Under the pieces are notes generated by a model. The model ran no database searches. It saw only the letters and a list, made by a program, of their open reading frames with translations, and was not told where the DNA came from. Below are positions 48,735 to 62,228 of a DNA stretch of 64,000 nt, one piece after another (positions within the stretch are counted from its first letter, which is position 1; each line of letters starts with the position of its first letter). The DNA lies in contig JAQGDQ010000018.1 in the NCBI GenBank assembly GCA_030141605.1, positions 248,001 to 312,000 on the forward strand. The letters run 5' to 3'. The translations under genes were made by a program, and so were the position numbers. Source of the DNA: Tubiluchus corallicola. Lineage: Eukaryota > Animalia > Priapulida.

Positions 48735-51565
48735 ACAGAACCCCTACTGCAGTACAGAAATTATGTCAATAAACTTAATCATGTTAAGGCCCAATCCAAG
48801 AAAAAATATTATCAAAATCTTGTCAATAACAACAAGACTAATTTTAAAAAAGTTTGGACATCCTTAAATGAAATTTTTGGTAACAAAAAGAAAAATTTGA
48901 TTACTCCAACCAAAATTAGTGCAAGGACAAACAAAATCACATATCCTAAGCTAATAGCCAATAATGTCAAAAATTTTTTACATAAGCTGGTGAAAACATG
49001 GCTAATAGTATTAACTCCGCTGCTGATCCTTATCAATTTCTTGGCCCAACCAATCAAAACTCAATTTTTTAATCCTGTCAACATAGAAGAAATTACACAG
49101 CTCATATTAAAATTAGATACTAGTAAGGCTGCTGGTCCTGAGAATGTTCCAATAAAATACTATAAAATGACTGCCGACATAATCTCTCTAGTTCTAACTC
49201 ATACAATCATTAAATCACTCTCACTAGGTATTTTTCCTGATAAACTAAAACTAGCTAAAATATTACCAATTTACAAATCTAATGACCCAGACATTCCTCC
49301 TAACTATAGGCCTATTTCATTACTGTCCCCCATTGCAAAATTTTTTGAATCTGTAATATATTCTAGACTTTTTTTCCAGTTGCAACATCTTATGTAAATA
49401 CCAGTTTGGCTTCAGGAAAAACTACTCAACAATGCTCGCTACAGCAGAAATAATAGATACTATTCATTCTAACTTAGATAAAAAATTAACAACTTGAGGC
49501 ATATTTCTTGACGTTTCAAAAGCATTTAATACTGTACAGCATCACATACTATTAAACAAACTCGAACATTATGGTATTAGAGGTACCCCACTGGAACTAC
49601 TAAAATCATACCTTACTAATCGTAAACAATATACTTGCTTAAACAATACCCACACGGATATCACTAGCATAAGATGTGGAGTTCCCTAAGGTTCTACATT
49701 AGCTCCCCTTTTTTTCTTAATTTACTTCAATGATTTGGCACACTGTTCTGATTTCCACGTCCGGTTATTTGCAGATGATACGAACCTATTTTCGCATGGT
49801 ACTAATCTTAGCCAGCTTCAAGTCAAGACTAACAATGAACTAGACAAGATAGATACATAGATGAGGGCTAATAAGTTAACAATAAACTATGAAAAAACAA
49901 AATATATGCTTATTTCTAGCCAAGTCTTTGATGCATGTAATACTTTTAAACTGTTTATGGGGGACTATGAATTAATTGCAGCCGATAATATAAAATACTT
50001 AGGTTTGCACATTGATAATACATTGTCATGGAAAACTCAAATTAAATCAGTTACGTATAAACTTAATAAGCTTATTGGTCTTTTAGCTAAAGTGCAATAT
50101 TTCTTAGACACCTTCGTCTTACGAATGCTTTACTACTCACTTGCATATTGTTATCTCCAGTATTGTATCTTGTGCTCTGGTACTGCAAAAACATCTGTCC
50201 TAAAACCACTCATTACAGCCCAGAATAAGATAGTGAAAATCATTACATTTAGCCCATATCTTATGTAAAACTTAAACTGTTAAAACTTAATGAAATTTAC
50301 CAAATAGAGCTGGCTAAATTCATGAATCACTTTGTACATAAGAACTTACCTAAACTATTCTCTAACTATTTTACTACCATATTTGAAATCCATAACTACG
50401 AAACTAGATCTGCCACTCGTGGTCTATATTTTATACCCAGATTCTGTACCACTCATGGATTAAGTACTATCAAATATCAAGCTGTTAAATTCTGGAATTG
50501 TTTGAACAGTAATATTAAAGATTCTAATAGTATCTATATTTTGATCTCTAAACTTAAAAAGCAATTGCTATTAACTTACGCTGATTAATGTTAAGCTCTT
50601 ACTCAACTATATTCTGTTTTCTTTACCTAATGTAATAATCCTAACTACATTAATATTCATAAAACTGAAAATACTACAGCATGAATCTGTGGCTCAGAAA
50701 ATGTACTCTAATACTCAATTTAATTTTTTTCTCAATTATTGAATAATGAGCTACCGATTCGTACTTTGAATGCTGTTACTTATAACTCTACAAATTAGTT
50801 AATCCACAGGCCATTACAGATATTATCCTAAATATAAGGAAATACTCTGTCTTTCTTCTCTTCTTTACAGCAGAGTAATTATTAAAGTCATACTGCAATA
50901 CTATTTTATGAGTAAAGTTTCAGGTGTTGTTCACAGATTGCACAAGTCCTACCTCTCCTTTATAAAATTACTAAAAAACCTGTATAGTTAAATGTTTGTC
51001 TTATCAGTATATTGAGAATTATATTATTTAGTATTATTGTCGAAGTCAGTAGATTTGTTCTTAATCAATAAGCCTAGAAATAATGAAGTTGAACTCAAAT
51101 CAAAATGTATTTAACTCATGTTGTTGATTAATTGCATTATTAACCCAAAGTGTTTTTATCATTTCATAACAATTTTGACCTGTATTTCACATAAAATCTA
51201 AATGCAATTTTTAGTTTAATCATGAGTGACCTTATTTTGTTGCCCGCTAATTAAAGTACATATATTTTCTTTATTCTGGATATTATTATTTATTATTTTA
51301 TAGCAAATGTCATAATTTTAAAATTATTAATGTTTCCTAAATTAAACTGATAACATTAATGCCCACCAGTGTCTAAAAATCATTTTATCTATTTTCGGTA
51401 AAGGATAGTAGACTAGGTGACTTTATTATAATCTTTTCGCTATCCTTTCTCTAGTCCAGATCTATACATTTTAACCATTCCTCAAAACTTATTAGCGATT
51501 CTTTTATTAATCATGTTTTATTGTAGCATTATAAAGAGATAAATAAATTAAAATTGAATTGAACT
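48735..51565 (+). mobile_element. 5'-truncated non-LTR retrotransposon (CR1/L2-group LINE), disrupted reverse transcriptase
   Basis: KAAGPENVP, YRPISLLSPIAKFFE, QFGFRKNYST, FLDVSKAFNTV, GVP*GSTLAPLFFLIYFNDL, LFADDT, KYLGLHID, HNYETRSA; stops and frameshifts; ~1-kb 3' UTR with a terminal stem-loop and AATAAA plus (AATTG)n tail. Confidence 0.93.
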
Positions 51566-51726
51566 GATGAAGCCTTACTCAGACTTTAGCAAGGTGATTT
51601 CAAAATACTTACATAATAAAATTCAACGTGTCTTCAATCCAGAGAACGTGACTTCATTCTTCAACCCACCGCTGCACGTGATGAAAACATCAAAACAACG
51701 CAAAGTCACGAGAGTCTGACGAGCTC

Positions 51727-53100
51727 ATTATTTTCAGTTCAGTTTATTTCCAAAATTACCTTTCTAGACTTCAGTACATTGGCAATACACGTAGGGTAAA
51801 CGGGAATTACAATAACATTATAAAAATATAAATTTGACAAAGTGCAACAAAATATTCTAGTAAGATGGCACAATATTTACTTAAGCTTATACTACATTGC
51901 CCAAAAGCAAAAACCATGAATTTCAGATGATAATTTTCCTTATTAACTGCTAGTTAAAAAGATAACAACATGACAAGCAACTTAAAAAAATTATAATAAA
52001 TGCTGTTTTTACATTTCACTGATATTGAGGTAGCGGCCAGTACTTTTTTGGCATCGCACCGAGACTGTTTTCTTAATTCGAAATTTTTAAAAATTAATTC
52101 GCCAAAAAGGATAAAATCAGCATTATAATTGCAATGAAATTGAAAAGCAGTGAAGGTGAAGTTGCGTCATTACTATACAACGACAGGTCGAACATTTTAT
52201 TTTATTTTTATTAGATTCTTCCATTAGCAGTATATAGATGGCAATTAAAAATAAAATGTAGTTCATCTTTATTTTAGTATCAAATAAGAGTCCATACAGA
52301 AATCACACAGTCTTTCTTGAACAGGCGTATTTGAGTATCTTCCTCGTTCTATTTCAAGATCACGGTCACTTACCTTTAGCTTTGTTATGCACTGCCTATG
52401 TTTTTACTTTGTGCAAGGGTTAGGTAAGGTTGTATTTCAGTACTCTATAAAATCTTAATTTGCCGTGGCCTACGTTTTCCTTTTGTCATTATTTCTGTAG
52501 CAAATAAATCCTCATAGCCCTTTTTTGAAACAACTAACGTATTTTTAAATTTTTTAGTAATTGTTAGGGAATTATTTTTGTAATATTTTATGAATGTAGT
52601 TTGGAAGAAAAATCTACTCTGGTAAAAAAAGTTGTCTCGTTTGTTTAAGTACACAAATACCTTTCCAAATTATGGTATTCCTGGGCTTTGAGGATGTGGT
52701 TAGAGTTAGACTAAACATATTTTGTGGGTTCTTTTGGCGAGTGTAAGCAGCAGTGGATAAATGCCCTGCGCTTGCATGCAATTTTGGAAGCTGAAGAGCG
52801 TACTCCCAACACTAACTTGGTGAACTGATTGATTAAAGAGGAATTGGTTCCATCAGTGTTGTATTCGTCCAGATTTCACAGCCATACGTCGCATTTGGGA
52901 CTATTAATGTATTGAACAGATAATATCAAAAGTATTTAATGGCCATTACAAGATAAGATGGGATGTGCTGCCACCTGTTTGTCGGACTCATATGATCGGT
53001 CGCCTGACTTCATCCATCGCATTCGAGAACTTGTTGAGTGGGAGGAGAATAGTGCGATTGTGAACTGTTGCAATTTTCGGTAATAAAAATTACTCTTTTT
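51727..53100 (-). mobile_element. Degenerate LINE remnant(s), tail-to-tail with the + strand LINE
   Basis: Minus strand: LFNTLIVPNATYGCEIW (about 52870-52920), GKLRFYRVLK (about 52435-52465), tail AATAAACTGAACTGAAAA near 51730-51750; may be two fragments. Confidence 0.65.
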
Positions 53101-55864
53101 AGTGATGGTCAGATTAATGGACTAAGCAATGGATGTTTGAATCTTTTCAAAAAAATTTAATAATTGGATACGCCTCACCATTAGGCTTATCCTATTAGGC
53201 CTCACCTATAGCAGTTTATTCGTATCCTATCTAACCCAACGATTTATCTTATCCTATATACTATCTGTGGGAGAGCGTGTAAGAGAATGACTTGGAACGA
53301 GAAGAGAAGTAGTGACCGAAAAAGGAAAGATCATAAGAAAGTGAAACAAAGACTGCATCTTTGCTGCCACTTTTGCCTTCGACAACAGATTGTTAGCAGG
53401 TTAGTTGGATAGTCAAGAATACCCATACAGTCAAAATGCCAGAGTTAGGTAAATAATTGAAAACAGTGATTAGTATATACTGTAAAATTTTCACTCTAAT
53501 CCCTTACGGAATATGTCGGTTAGTTCACCACTTTTAGTTTCTAAGATGTAACAAGAGCTTGAAAAAAATTGAACTAAAAATATCACTTGCGTATATGTAA
53601 TGGCAGAAATATTGCTATTCCAAGCTTGGATCTTAAGAATATAAAGGTTTGACTATATACAAAAAGGAGAGTATATAAGCTTTTTTTTAAACTCTGAGTA
53701 GCACGAGACAGAAAATACTCTACCAGTGCCATACTTTCTAGATCTGCATCTAATGTAAACAGTCACACAACCAGCGAGAGAGACCACTACATATGCGTGT
53801 AGTGTTTGTTGCATGACTACTTTTTGTGGTCGCCACACATCCAGGACTGGCATTAATTCTATAATGTAAATAGAATACGTACTCTTTCCCATATCCTTTT
53901 GCTAGATACATAGCACATCCCTGTTCAAGCTCTTTTTACTGCATGTGAGGACCCCGACAGTGTGTTTTTGATGGCACAAAGGTAAAATAAGTCCACATAT
54001 TTATGTGTAGTGTAAACAAGAATGCAAGTACCCAGTGTGATACTGCTTCAAGTCAAGGAAAATTCTAATAAGTCAAAATAGCAATAATGAAACATTCACA
54101 GCTGTTTAGTATTTAGCACATTTAATACATAGTTTACAAAGCCGACTTTGAGTTACCAATAATTATAGATCTATATTGTTTAACTTATACAAATTGGCAA
54201 TGGTAGATAACTAGTTGAAGTATTTGTATGTAAATATTTTATGTTTGTACTGTCTACACAATGAATTTCTTTGTTTATTCCAATATAAATTTTCACTAAA
54301 ATATCTGTGTGGTATACGCATTACTGATGTTAGGTAAATAAATTTTAAGCATGTGGATGAACGACACTCTTCATCTCAAATAAAAAATACTAACATTGAT
54401 GGTTATATTATCAACATTGCCAGAGTTTAATGATTTTCACAGTATGGCTTATACAATTTGGTTAATAAGCTACATTCATTACAAAATTAAACCTAACTGT
54501 AGAAGTGCTAATAATTTATACAATAAACCTAGTACCTTAGTTCTTTTAAGAGTAGGGTGTATAAGGCAACAATATACAAACTGCCAAAATTGTTTCCAAA
54601 TGCTATGAGTACACTTAAAAGTGGTAATTAAATCTGTGCATGTTCAAATTTATAAATTCTTATTATAAGTAAGTCATGAAGCACCATAATAATTAACAAT
54701 TTTCTTCAGTTAATAATTTACAGTGTATCATCCTTAAAAAATCCATATTAAACGAGTAATGTAATTTGAGTTAGTACTGTCAATACTATTTGCCTTATAA
54801 TACATTTCAGGCACATTTTCATTAAATAGATAAATAGCAAACATCTAGCTGTCCTAGTGTTTATAGCTTTGCAAAGCCATTTGCTGCACAAGCTAAAATA
54901 TATAGTAAATTGCTTTGCACTTTATAACAACATGAACTTAACTATAACACTAATCAATTTCAGTACTAAGATTATAGCAAAATGTGTTTGTGAGCTCAAA
55001 ACTACTCGTATCTCAAATTCTGTACCACTAAGAACTTAACCATAAACTCAATCTTATCAAGTATTTTTAAATTTTTATTGAAGAATAGGCTGAAATGACT
55101 AATCGATAATATTAGGATATATCACTTTAGAACGCAAAAACATTCTAGCAATTTCAATTTAATGATACGAGCCTTATTTCTGATGTAACAAATTCATCAT
55201 AACAGTGAGCTGATCTTAGTGACAAGAATTCATTAAAACAAGTTCATTTATTAAAAAATTTTAAAATGTAACGTTAACGATTTTACACAAAACTGTACAA
55301 AAGTTTAATAGAAATTCATAACGTAATTTTTTATTATTACAGTTGACATTAAATATAAATAAATATAGACATGTTAGCATAATCTAAAAGTCTGCTTGAA
55401 CTATTGGGTAATCTAAAATGTGACTAAACTTTATAGGAAACCAAAACTTATTAATATGACTATAATTATACTATACATAGCAACGACAGGCTTGGTTTCA
55501 TCAATCTAAACTTGGAAGTCTGGAAAAACTATAATAAAGGTTACAAAATTTCATTTGTATATTGTCCTTATTTACAGATTATACTAAGAATAATATCATA
55601 AGATATTATTATACAAGACTGCAAGTTAGATAGAAATGATCTTTTCTTATGTAATGCGTGCACTATTTACCGACTCTGAAATTCGCAACATAGCTACAAG
55701 ACACTCCTGACAGATCCAAAAAAGTCTACAAAACATAGTTGCTAGTGCCCCTTTGCAAAAAATATAATTTATGAAAGTAGGCAACATAATACATTACCAG
55801 TTTTTAAAACGTTCATTATAATTACACTCCTGATCATTGTGTACAGCTTGAAAATGGAAGTTTT

Positions 55865-56015
55865 CTACTTTGCCGGTATTGCCGCATGTGGTATCATAAC
55901 CTTGGATATAAAATTAACAATAGCTGTAGCTGGCTGATCTGGATCCAACTCTGCAAATAGGTGACACGCATTGTCCGCTTTAGTACCATGTTTACGTGCG
56001 ATAAATCCGAAGCAC
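55865..56015 (-). CDS. TNS: Tensin last exon
   Basis: [49 protein letters not shown]. Confidence 0.94.
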
Positions 56016-59000
56016 CTAAAAACATAAATGTGATTACCGTTCCTGAGTAAGAAAACCTGCATGCATTTAGTCTTTCCTGACCAAAAAGTCCAATGTACAA
56101 AACTTTTACTCACTTTGCATTCATTGGCTGTCCACCATCTCTGCTTGGTTGAGTCCATCTTCTGTCTTCTGGGTCCATTCCAGCAAATGTCACTGTGTGC
56201 TCAGGGTAATGACGACGGAAAAATAACCTGCATAATTATGTAGTTAAAGAATTTAAAAATGTTTGTGTGTTCAAATCAAAGTCTCACATTAAGTGAAATG
56301 CGTACAAGCATAAAAGGTTTTGTAAATAACCAATATTGGCATGCACTATGATATTTGTTTCGAGCTTATAACTAAGTACCAAGAACAAATCCCACATACA
56401 GTAGTCGTCGCTTAATAGACTCACTTTGGGACCGACGTGTTTTGACCCAATTAACTGTTGAACCTATTAACCGATGGGTGTAGTATTACTGCTATAGAAG
56501 TATGAGTCATCAGCTTACTATGCACTGCAAAGGCTTTTAATCAATTTTAGAAACAAAGTAATGCCTAAATTCTTTTGTGCTGTTAAAAATTAGAAAAAAT
56601 ATTTTAAATATTTATTTATATAAGTGAATTAACAATAAATTAAAAAGTATACTTTTCTAAACCACACAAGTCTGTTTATTTGCAAAATTTACAAAAATTC
56701 TTTCAAACTTGGCTGCTTCATTTTCTCGCGAAGGAGTTGGCCTACAAAGTTCTCGTAATTGTAAGAACGTTGAAAATCTGTTGTTGTGCGTGACTAAAAT
56801 CGTCTCCTTACTTACATTGCTCTTATTTGCTGTACGATGTTTACAATTGTAAGTCACAAGGAATACCGGCTGATTATACTGTACCTGCATCTTTGACTGT
56901 TAACTCATTAAACCTGAAAGCTTGATTTGCAACTAGAGCATCAAAAGGAAACTGCTAAGCAAGTTTACTTCCAGAAATTGCATTGGGCGAGCGGGTAACA
57001 GATTCAAAGCAAAACCGCTATGCTAGCGTATTAGTGCATGATAAACGTACCTCTTTACAAACAAAACGGTACTTAACATGATTGTTTCTACATATATAGT
57101 GCACAAAAGGGAAATAAAGATGGCATAAAAGTAGAAAAGGCTGTTTGGGCACATACAAATGTCTTATTTTAAGTATGTGAAGGAAAAATATTGAGTCAAT
57201 TACCGATAGTTTTTATGTATATTTGAATAGAAGCGGCACATTCCAGGAGTTTTTGAGTCAATTTAGCGATTGAGTCTATTAACCATGAGTTTATTACGCA
57301 GCAACTACTGTAATTGCAAAATTATGAAATGAGGGTACCTAGTAATAACAATTTTTTATGTTTAAGATGAAATTTAAAAATTAACACTATTTTTCCTATA
57401 GGTCCACGTGATTTGCGAGCTTCCAACACTTACTTTCTCATGTTATCTGTAATTGTGATACCCTGGGAAGACACCTTGAAATGGACAATGGTTGGCACAG
57501 TTTGACCCATCTGGCTCAGCTGCAACATTGCTCTCTTCACTGCTTGTGGACCAGTAAGCGATTCGGTATCAAATGTAGCCAAGTAAAGCACATTGCAAGC
57601 TAAAAAAAGACAATAATAAAATTAAATTCATTTAGCAATGCAACAGTTTATTTAGAATTTGTGGCCATTACATTTGAATGTGTAATGTGAACTATTATAG
57701 GAACAGCATGAGCATAACTGTGTTTAAGCAAATTTTTTTAAGAAACCTTAAAAATTTTTATTCCTCTACTGGGACTTGAATCAGGATGTAAGTAGTATAA
57801 CAGTTTATTCTATCAACTCAAGCAACTTATATTACACAATACAAAATACTGCAATGTACTATATAAATTCAGCAACTGCAAAAAATGCTGGACTACAGTA
57901 GCCATCGATTACCAGTAATTGGATTGTTTAATGCAGATTCGTTTGCCGGGGATAGCAGACTGATCAGCCAGGAAGATATGAACCTTGCACCTACCACTAA
58001 AACTCAGCCAAAGTTACTTATACCCACTCATTCAGTTAAGTCTCGCATTAGTGATGTTAGCCGCCACTGAAGAGTATACATTGGGAAAGCACTAGAATTA
58101 AATGGCTTCGCGAGGTCTTGAAATAAAGCAATTCATCAAAAATGATATTTGGTTTCATGGACTAAAAATGTTACGTGTAGAAGATGAATTTTGGAAGAAT
58201 TCTGCTATGCAGTCATTCAACGTTGCAGAGAATGATCCTAAGTTGAAATCAGTCAGGTAATTGACACTGCATTACATAACTCTATCTTATTGACACTTAG
58301 GATCATTCTGTTCTTCATGGTACAAGATGAAGAAAGCACTTTCAACAGTTATGCGAGCTTGCAACACATTCAGATTGAAGCTTTCTACTGCAAAACTGGC
58401 TACCAGCAAGTAGCAATAAGTAATGCATTGATACCAGATTTTTTTCGTTTTGAGTCTTGGGAGTAATAATTAGGAATAAATAATTGTCTAATGGTAAGTT
58501 GAAATTTTTAATACTAGTTGCACATGGTAACAAATCTATCTGCAGCAAACTTTCTCAGACAAAATTTACCTGCACACATGGCAACTTTTGTATAAAGCAA
58601 TCTGAGTCACAGGTAATCTCAGAAAACAATTATTAGATAGCATGTGACAAAATTATTGCTTTTTATTAGTTTGATCTAGTTTTGTCTGACACAAATTATT
58701 GTATAGAGCCTGAATAGAATGAGTTTATTTAAGACGGAAAATTAAGCGAATTTAATAAAAATCTATGTGGCAAAGTTTGTAAAACAGCCCACCGATGAGC
58801 AGAAATTTGTCTTGGACAAATTGCTGTACATACATTTTTTGTCACGTGCGAGCCAGGTATAAGCCTGAGCTAACAAAATATGTGTTCAATGAGGTGAAGC
58901 CGTATAGTCAGCAATAGTTGAATAACAAAAACGTGGAATTTGCATATATTAAAGAAGTGCTCTTACCAGCCCCTTGCTGTAATAGAGCTGAAGCAGTATT

Positions 59001-61453
59001 TGGCAGTTCACTTTCTGTTGTAGCATCAGCTGCTGGATCTGTAACAATATGCTTGTTTACGCAACTTTCAAATAATCAAAACTTTCGAAAAATGTAATGA
59101 GTTTGTGCATTACTGATTACTCAGTACTACACCATTACTTATTGGACGTGCCTGAACAGTATTTTATTGAAAAGGGTGTACGTGTTTGCCTTGTAGAAAG
59201 GCTAGATGCTGAGTGCTTTTAAAAATGTAAATATGTCTAACTTAGCATTAGTAAAATTTAATGTTTTGAACTTTCAATTTACAAAATTACATTGTAACAT
59301 CTTTGCCATTGTCTTAGCTGGTTGCATGCTTTGTTGTACATGCCACTGCATGTCATTGGTAGTACATGTATAGCATGTGAAATATGGCTGCATTGATATG
59401 ACTGTATAAAAGAAATAAAGTACAATGCGACAATATAACTTACCAACTTCGGGGATGATCAGCTTACAAGGAAGAGCAAGCGGCATTGTTGAGTGTTGAT
59501 AAACCAGTGCTGATAAGCTTCCTATAAACATTAATACCATAGCATTAACTCACAAAGTTTATTTCACCTAAGCTTGACCTAGGAGTGAAGCAAGAATTCA
59601 CATTTTGGACTGCACAATTGTTTCTAGACAATTAATTTTCTGTGGTTGCGAATGGTACTCTAAATAGCTTGTTGTATTGCTTGGTGAACGCAAGGGTATG
59701 ATTAAGCATATATTACTTCTATAGTCCAGTTCAGTTAAATGTACTAACGCACTCTTATTTTAACACTATGTAATATTTTTCTAGCTTCATCTAACCTGCA
59801 TCTTAAGTACTTACCAAACACAGGTTCATTAGCACAGCCTTTGAGACGGACTCCTTTTGATGAAGGTTCTATAAGAAAGTGTCGCACTAGTTCATTGGAA
59901 ATGTCACCTGCAATAGTTATGATATAGTAATTAAAGTTTTATTAGAGACTAGACCATGGACCCCTTTGATTAATCTATAAGGTAGAAACGAATTTTCAAC
60001 AAAAAGCAAAATGCATTTGCCCTATTTTTATGCAAATATGATTAATCTATAAGGTAGAAATGAATTTTCGACGAAAAGCAAAATACATTTGCCATATTTT
60101 TATGCAATTTAAAAACATCGCAATTCTCACTATAATGATTTTGTTAGTTTTAATACAAAAAAATATTTTTGCTAGCTCAAATTGTAATCAAAAGCTAATG
60201 CATTAATGCGGCAATGCTAAACTTAACATACCCCTACTAAATATTGGCCTAGCATCATGAAAATTAGTCTGATAGTCAAATGATGAAGACCATTGATGAT
60301 TTTCCAAACAAAATTATTGTGTTTGCTGACTTATAATTATAAATATCAAAACGCAGTCATGCATACTCACTATGTTATTTCTTTCCAGCATATTCTGAAC
60401 CCATATCTCGGTTATTGTTTAAGTGGGACTTGTTTTCAAGAATATATGTGCAAAATTTAGGCAAGAGTGTTAATTAAAATACAAATAAACAGACCACAAA
60501 CATTACTGTAATGAAACACATAGAAGGATGAAAAGTTTTAAAAAATCTAATAATTTGAAAAATTTGGTTAAGTGTCAGGGTTGTCATACTTTTATGAACA
60601 AAATAAAATGTAGAGCATACACCTTCCTTTTGAACTTTCCTTTCACCCATCTTTATACTTTATTAAACTCTTCTTTTGATAACTCTATGCTATAACTGCA
60701 TTTGAGACAAGTTTGAGATTATTCTGGTTGATCTTTCCATTTTTGCAGTGTAGAAATTAATGCTGCTTAGCTTTTAATTTTGACTTCTTAACTCACAAGT
60801 ATTTGTTCTAAATTGTATAATGAGGAGAAGAAGAATACTTTGGCAATCTAAAATTAAAGCTTTTCAGACTCACCTGTTTTATTTTGTACATTTGGAGGTG
60901 GTTGAGCCACTTTGACAGCCAACCCAAAAGCTCCTGGGAAAGAATTACTGTCTCGTACAATAAAAGTACCAGGTGGTTTGTCTTTCAGCAAGTTTATGGC
61001 TGCAACAAAAATATTTATAATACAGTTCACATAACTTTTAAAAGTTTTGAAATCGTAATATAAGTTTATTTATCATTACAAGCAAAGGTATCCAGCACTA
61101 TTTGCAATTTAAAACAGTCCTGCCTGCCTGTAGTAAAATTGCGAACTTTGTTGAATCAGCCTGAGACTGCAGATGTTTCAATGCATCTAATTAAAAAATA
61201 ACTGGGAAAAGTTTACCATAATCTTGGTTCAGATTGTGGATTTTAAACTCTTAAGATCAATGCTGCAGGAAATATATACAGCATCTATAATACTGTTGCA
61301 GTTTTTCAGAAACACAAACTAAGCTCTGATTTTATCTGAAAATGAATATTTGTATGATATGATTACCATTTTCTCTGCTGATATGAGGCTTATACCAATA
61401 TGAAGAAACATCTTTAACAAATACAGGATGCCCTCTGATAACTTCAATGTTGT
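55865..61453 (-). CDS. TNS: Tensin, C-terminal SH2 and PTB domains (5' part outside the window)
   Basis: Exons 61453-61367, 60999-60874, 59907-59815, 59521-59444, 59038-58967, 57599-57434, 56227-56114 and 56015-55865 join in frame. Motifs: [124 protein letters not shown]. Confidence 0.96.
56114..56227 (-). CDS. TNS: Tensin exon (PTB)
   Basis: [37 protein letters not shown]. Confidence 0.93.
56399..57310. mobile_element. Tc1/mariner pogo/Tigger-like non-autonomous element in a tensin intron
   Basis: TA|CAGTAGTCGTCGCTTAATA ... TATTACGCAGCAACTACTG|TA; TA TSD; subterminal gactca/tgagtc motifs. Confidence 0.82.
57434..57599 (-). CDS. TNS: Tensin exon (PTB)
   Basis: [21 protein letters not shown]...[18 protein letters not shown]. 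Confidence 0.94.
58967..59038 (-). CDS. TNS: Tensin exon (SH2-PTB linker)
   Basis: [24 protein letters not shown]. Confidence 0.9.
59444..59521 (-). CDS. TNS: Tensin exon (SH2 end)
   Basis: [26 protein letters not shown]. Confidence 0.94.
59815..59907 (-). CDS. TNS: Tensin exon (SH2)
   Basis: [31 protein letters not shown]. Confidence 0.94.
59967..60110. repeat. 72-bp tandem duplication in a tensin intron
   Basis: gattaatctataaggtagaaa...tttttatgcaa twice, few substitutions. Confidence 0.9.
60874..60999 (-). CDS. TNS: Tensin exon (SH2 core, FIVRDS)
   Basis: [42 protein letters not shown]. Confidence 0.94.
61367..61453 (-). CDS. TNS: Tensin exon (SH2 start)
   Basis: [28 protein letters not shown]. 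Confidence 0.92.
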
Positions 61454-61963
61454 CTGAAAAAAAAAACAAGCAAAACTGAAAACTAGCTGCCAATTGTCAT
61501 GTTGTATGTTTTAATACAGAGACATCTTTTTTCCAGCTGGCTGGCTAAACTAACTTCCAAGTCTCACATTTACCAACCAGTTAGCTTAATCACTATTGCT
61601 GGGCAAGGGAAGGAGTCTTGGCGATTCTAAGCTAAATGCTCAGTAACATTTGGGGAAACATAGAATCATATATCATAAGACTATTTTAGTTAGAAATTAA
61701 ATGATATTGGTGAAATTACTAGAATATAGACCATTTTTCCAGGCCACTTAGTAGCAGAATGTTGTTTTTCACTCAAAAGTAGAAGCATACCTGTAATCAC
61801 ATTTTGGCTCTTATGCTGAAAGGAGGGATTTTGTTTAATTAGGCACTTTTCATGTTCCTTTGATATCCAAAGTATTAATGCAATCCTTGAAACTAAACAG
61901 TTTAGCACCCAATTAAAGAAAGGTATAACTGAGTGGCATAGCGATTATTATTATTATTTATAT

Positions 61964-62228
61964 AAATTATTTATTTATGAAGAAATAAATTCCCCTTCCA
62001 TGCTTCAAAAGGCATTCCCGCTCAGAGGCTTCTTCACAGAAAACAGATGTACACAGCGGGATTATAAATGCATTTCACAGTCAACACAAGATGTGTACTA
62101 CGTAGATATGTGCTACATCTCGTGTTAACTGTGAAATGCATCTATAATCCCGCTGTGTACATTTCTTTTCTGTAAAGAAGCCTCTGAGCGTAAGCATGCA
62201 ATGGGAATTTATATCTCATAAATAATTT
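61964..62228. repeat. Long palindrome/hairpin (76-bp core stem, 20-nt loop) in a tensin intron
   Basis: 62019-62094 pairs with 62115-62190 (6 mismatches); imperfect pairing extends about 40-50 bp further. Confidence 0.93.

Noticed and set aside
48702-50588. RT ORFs as a domesticated or functional reverse transcriptase system
   Set aside because: Several in-frame stops (including in the GVPQG motif) and frameshifts, and 5' truncation; an ordinary dead LINE.
52366-52380. Strong minus-strand donor (AAG|GTAAGTG) as the progranulin 5' UTR exon end
   Set aside because: Lies within a degenerate LINE remnant, with no other support.
60274-60334. Box C (ATGATGA) and box D (CTGA) pair in a tensin intron
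   Set aside because: Only about 50 nt between the boxes, weak terminal stem and no recognisable rRNA guide; expected by chance in AT-rich DNA.
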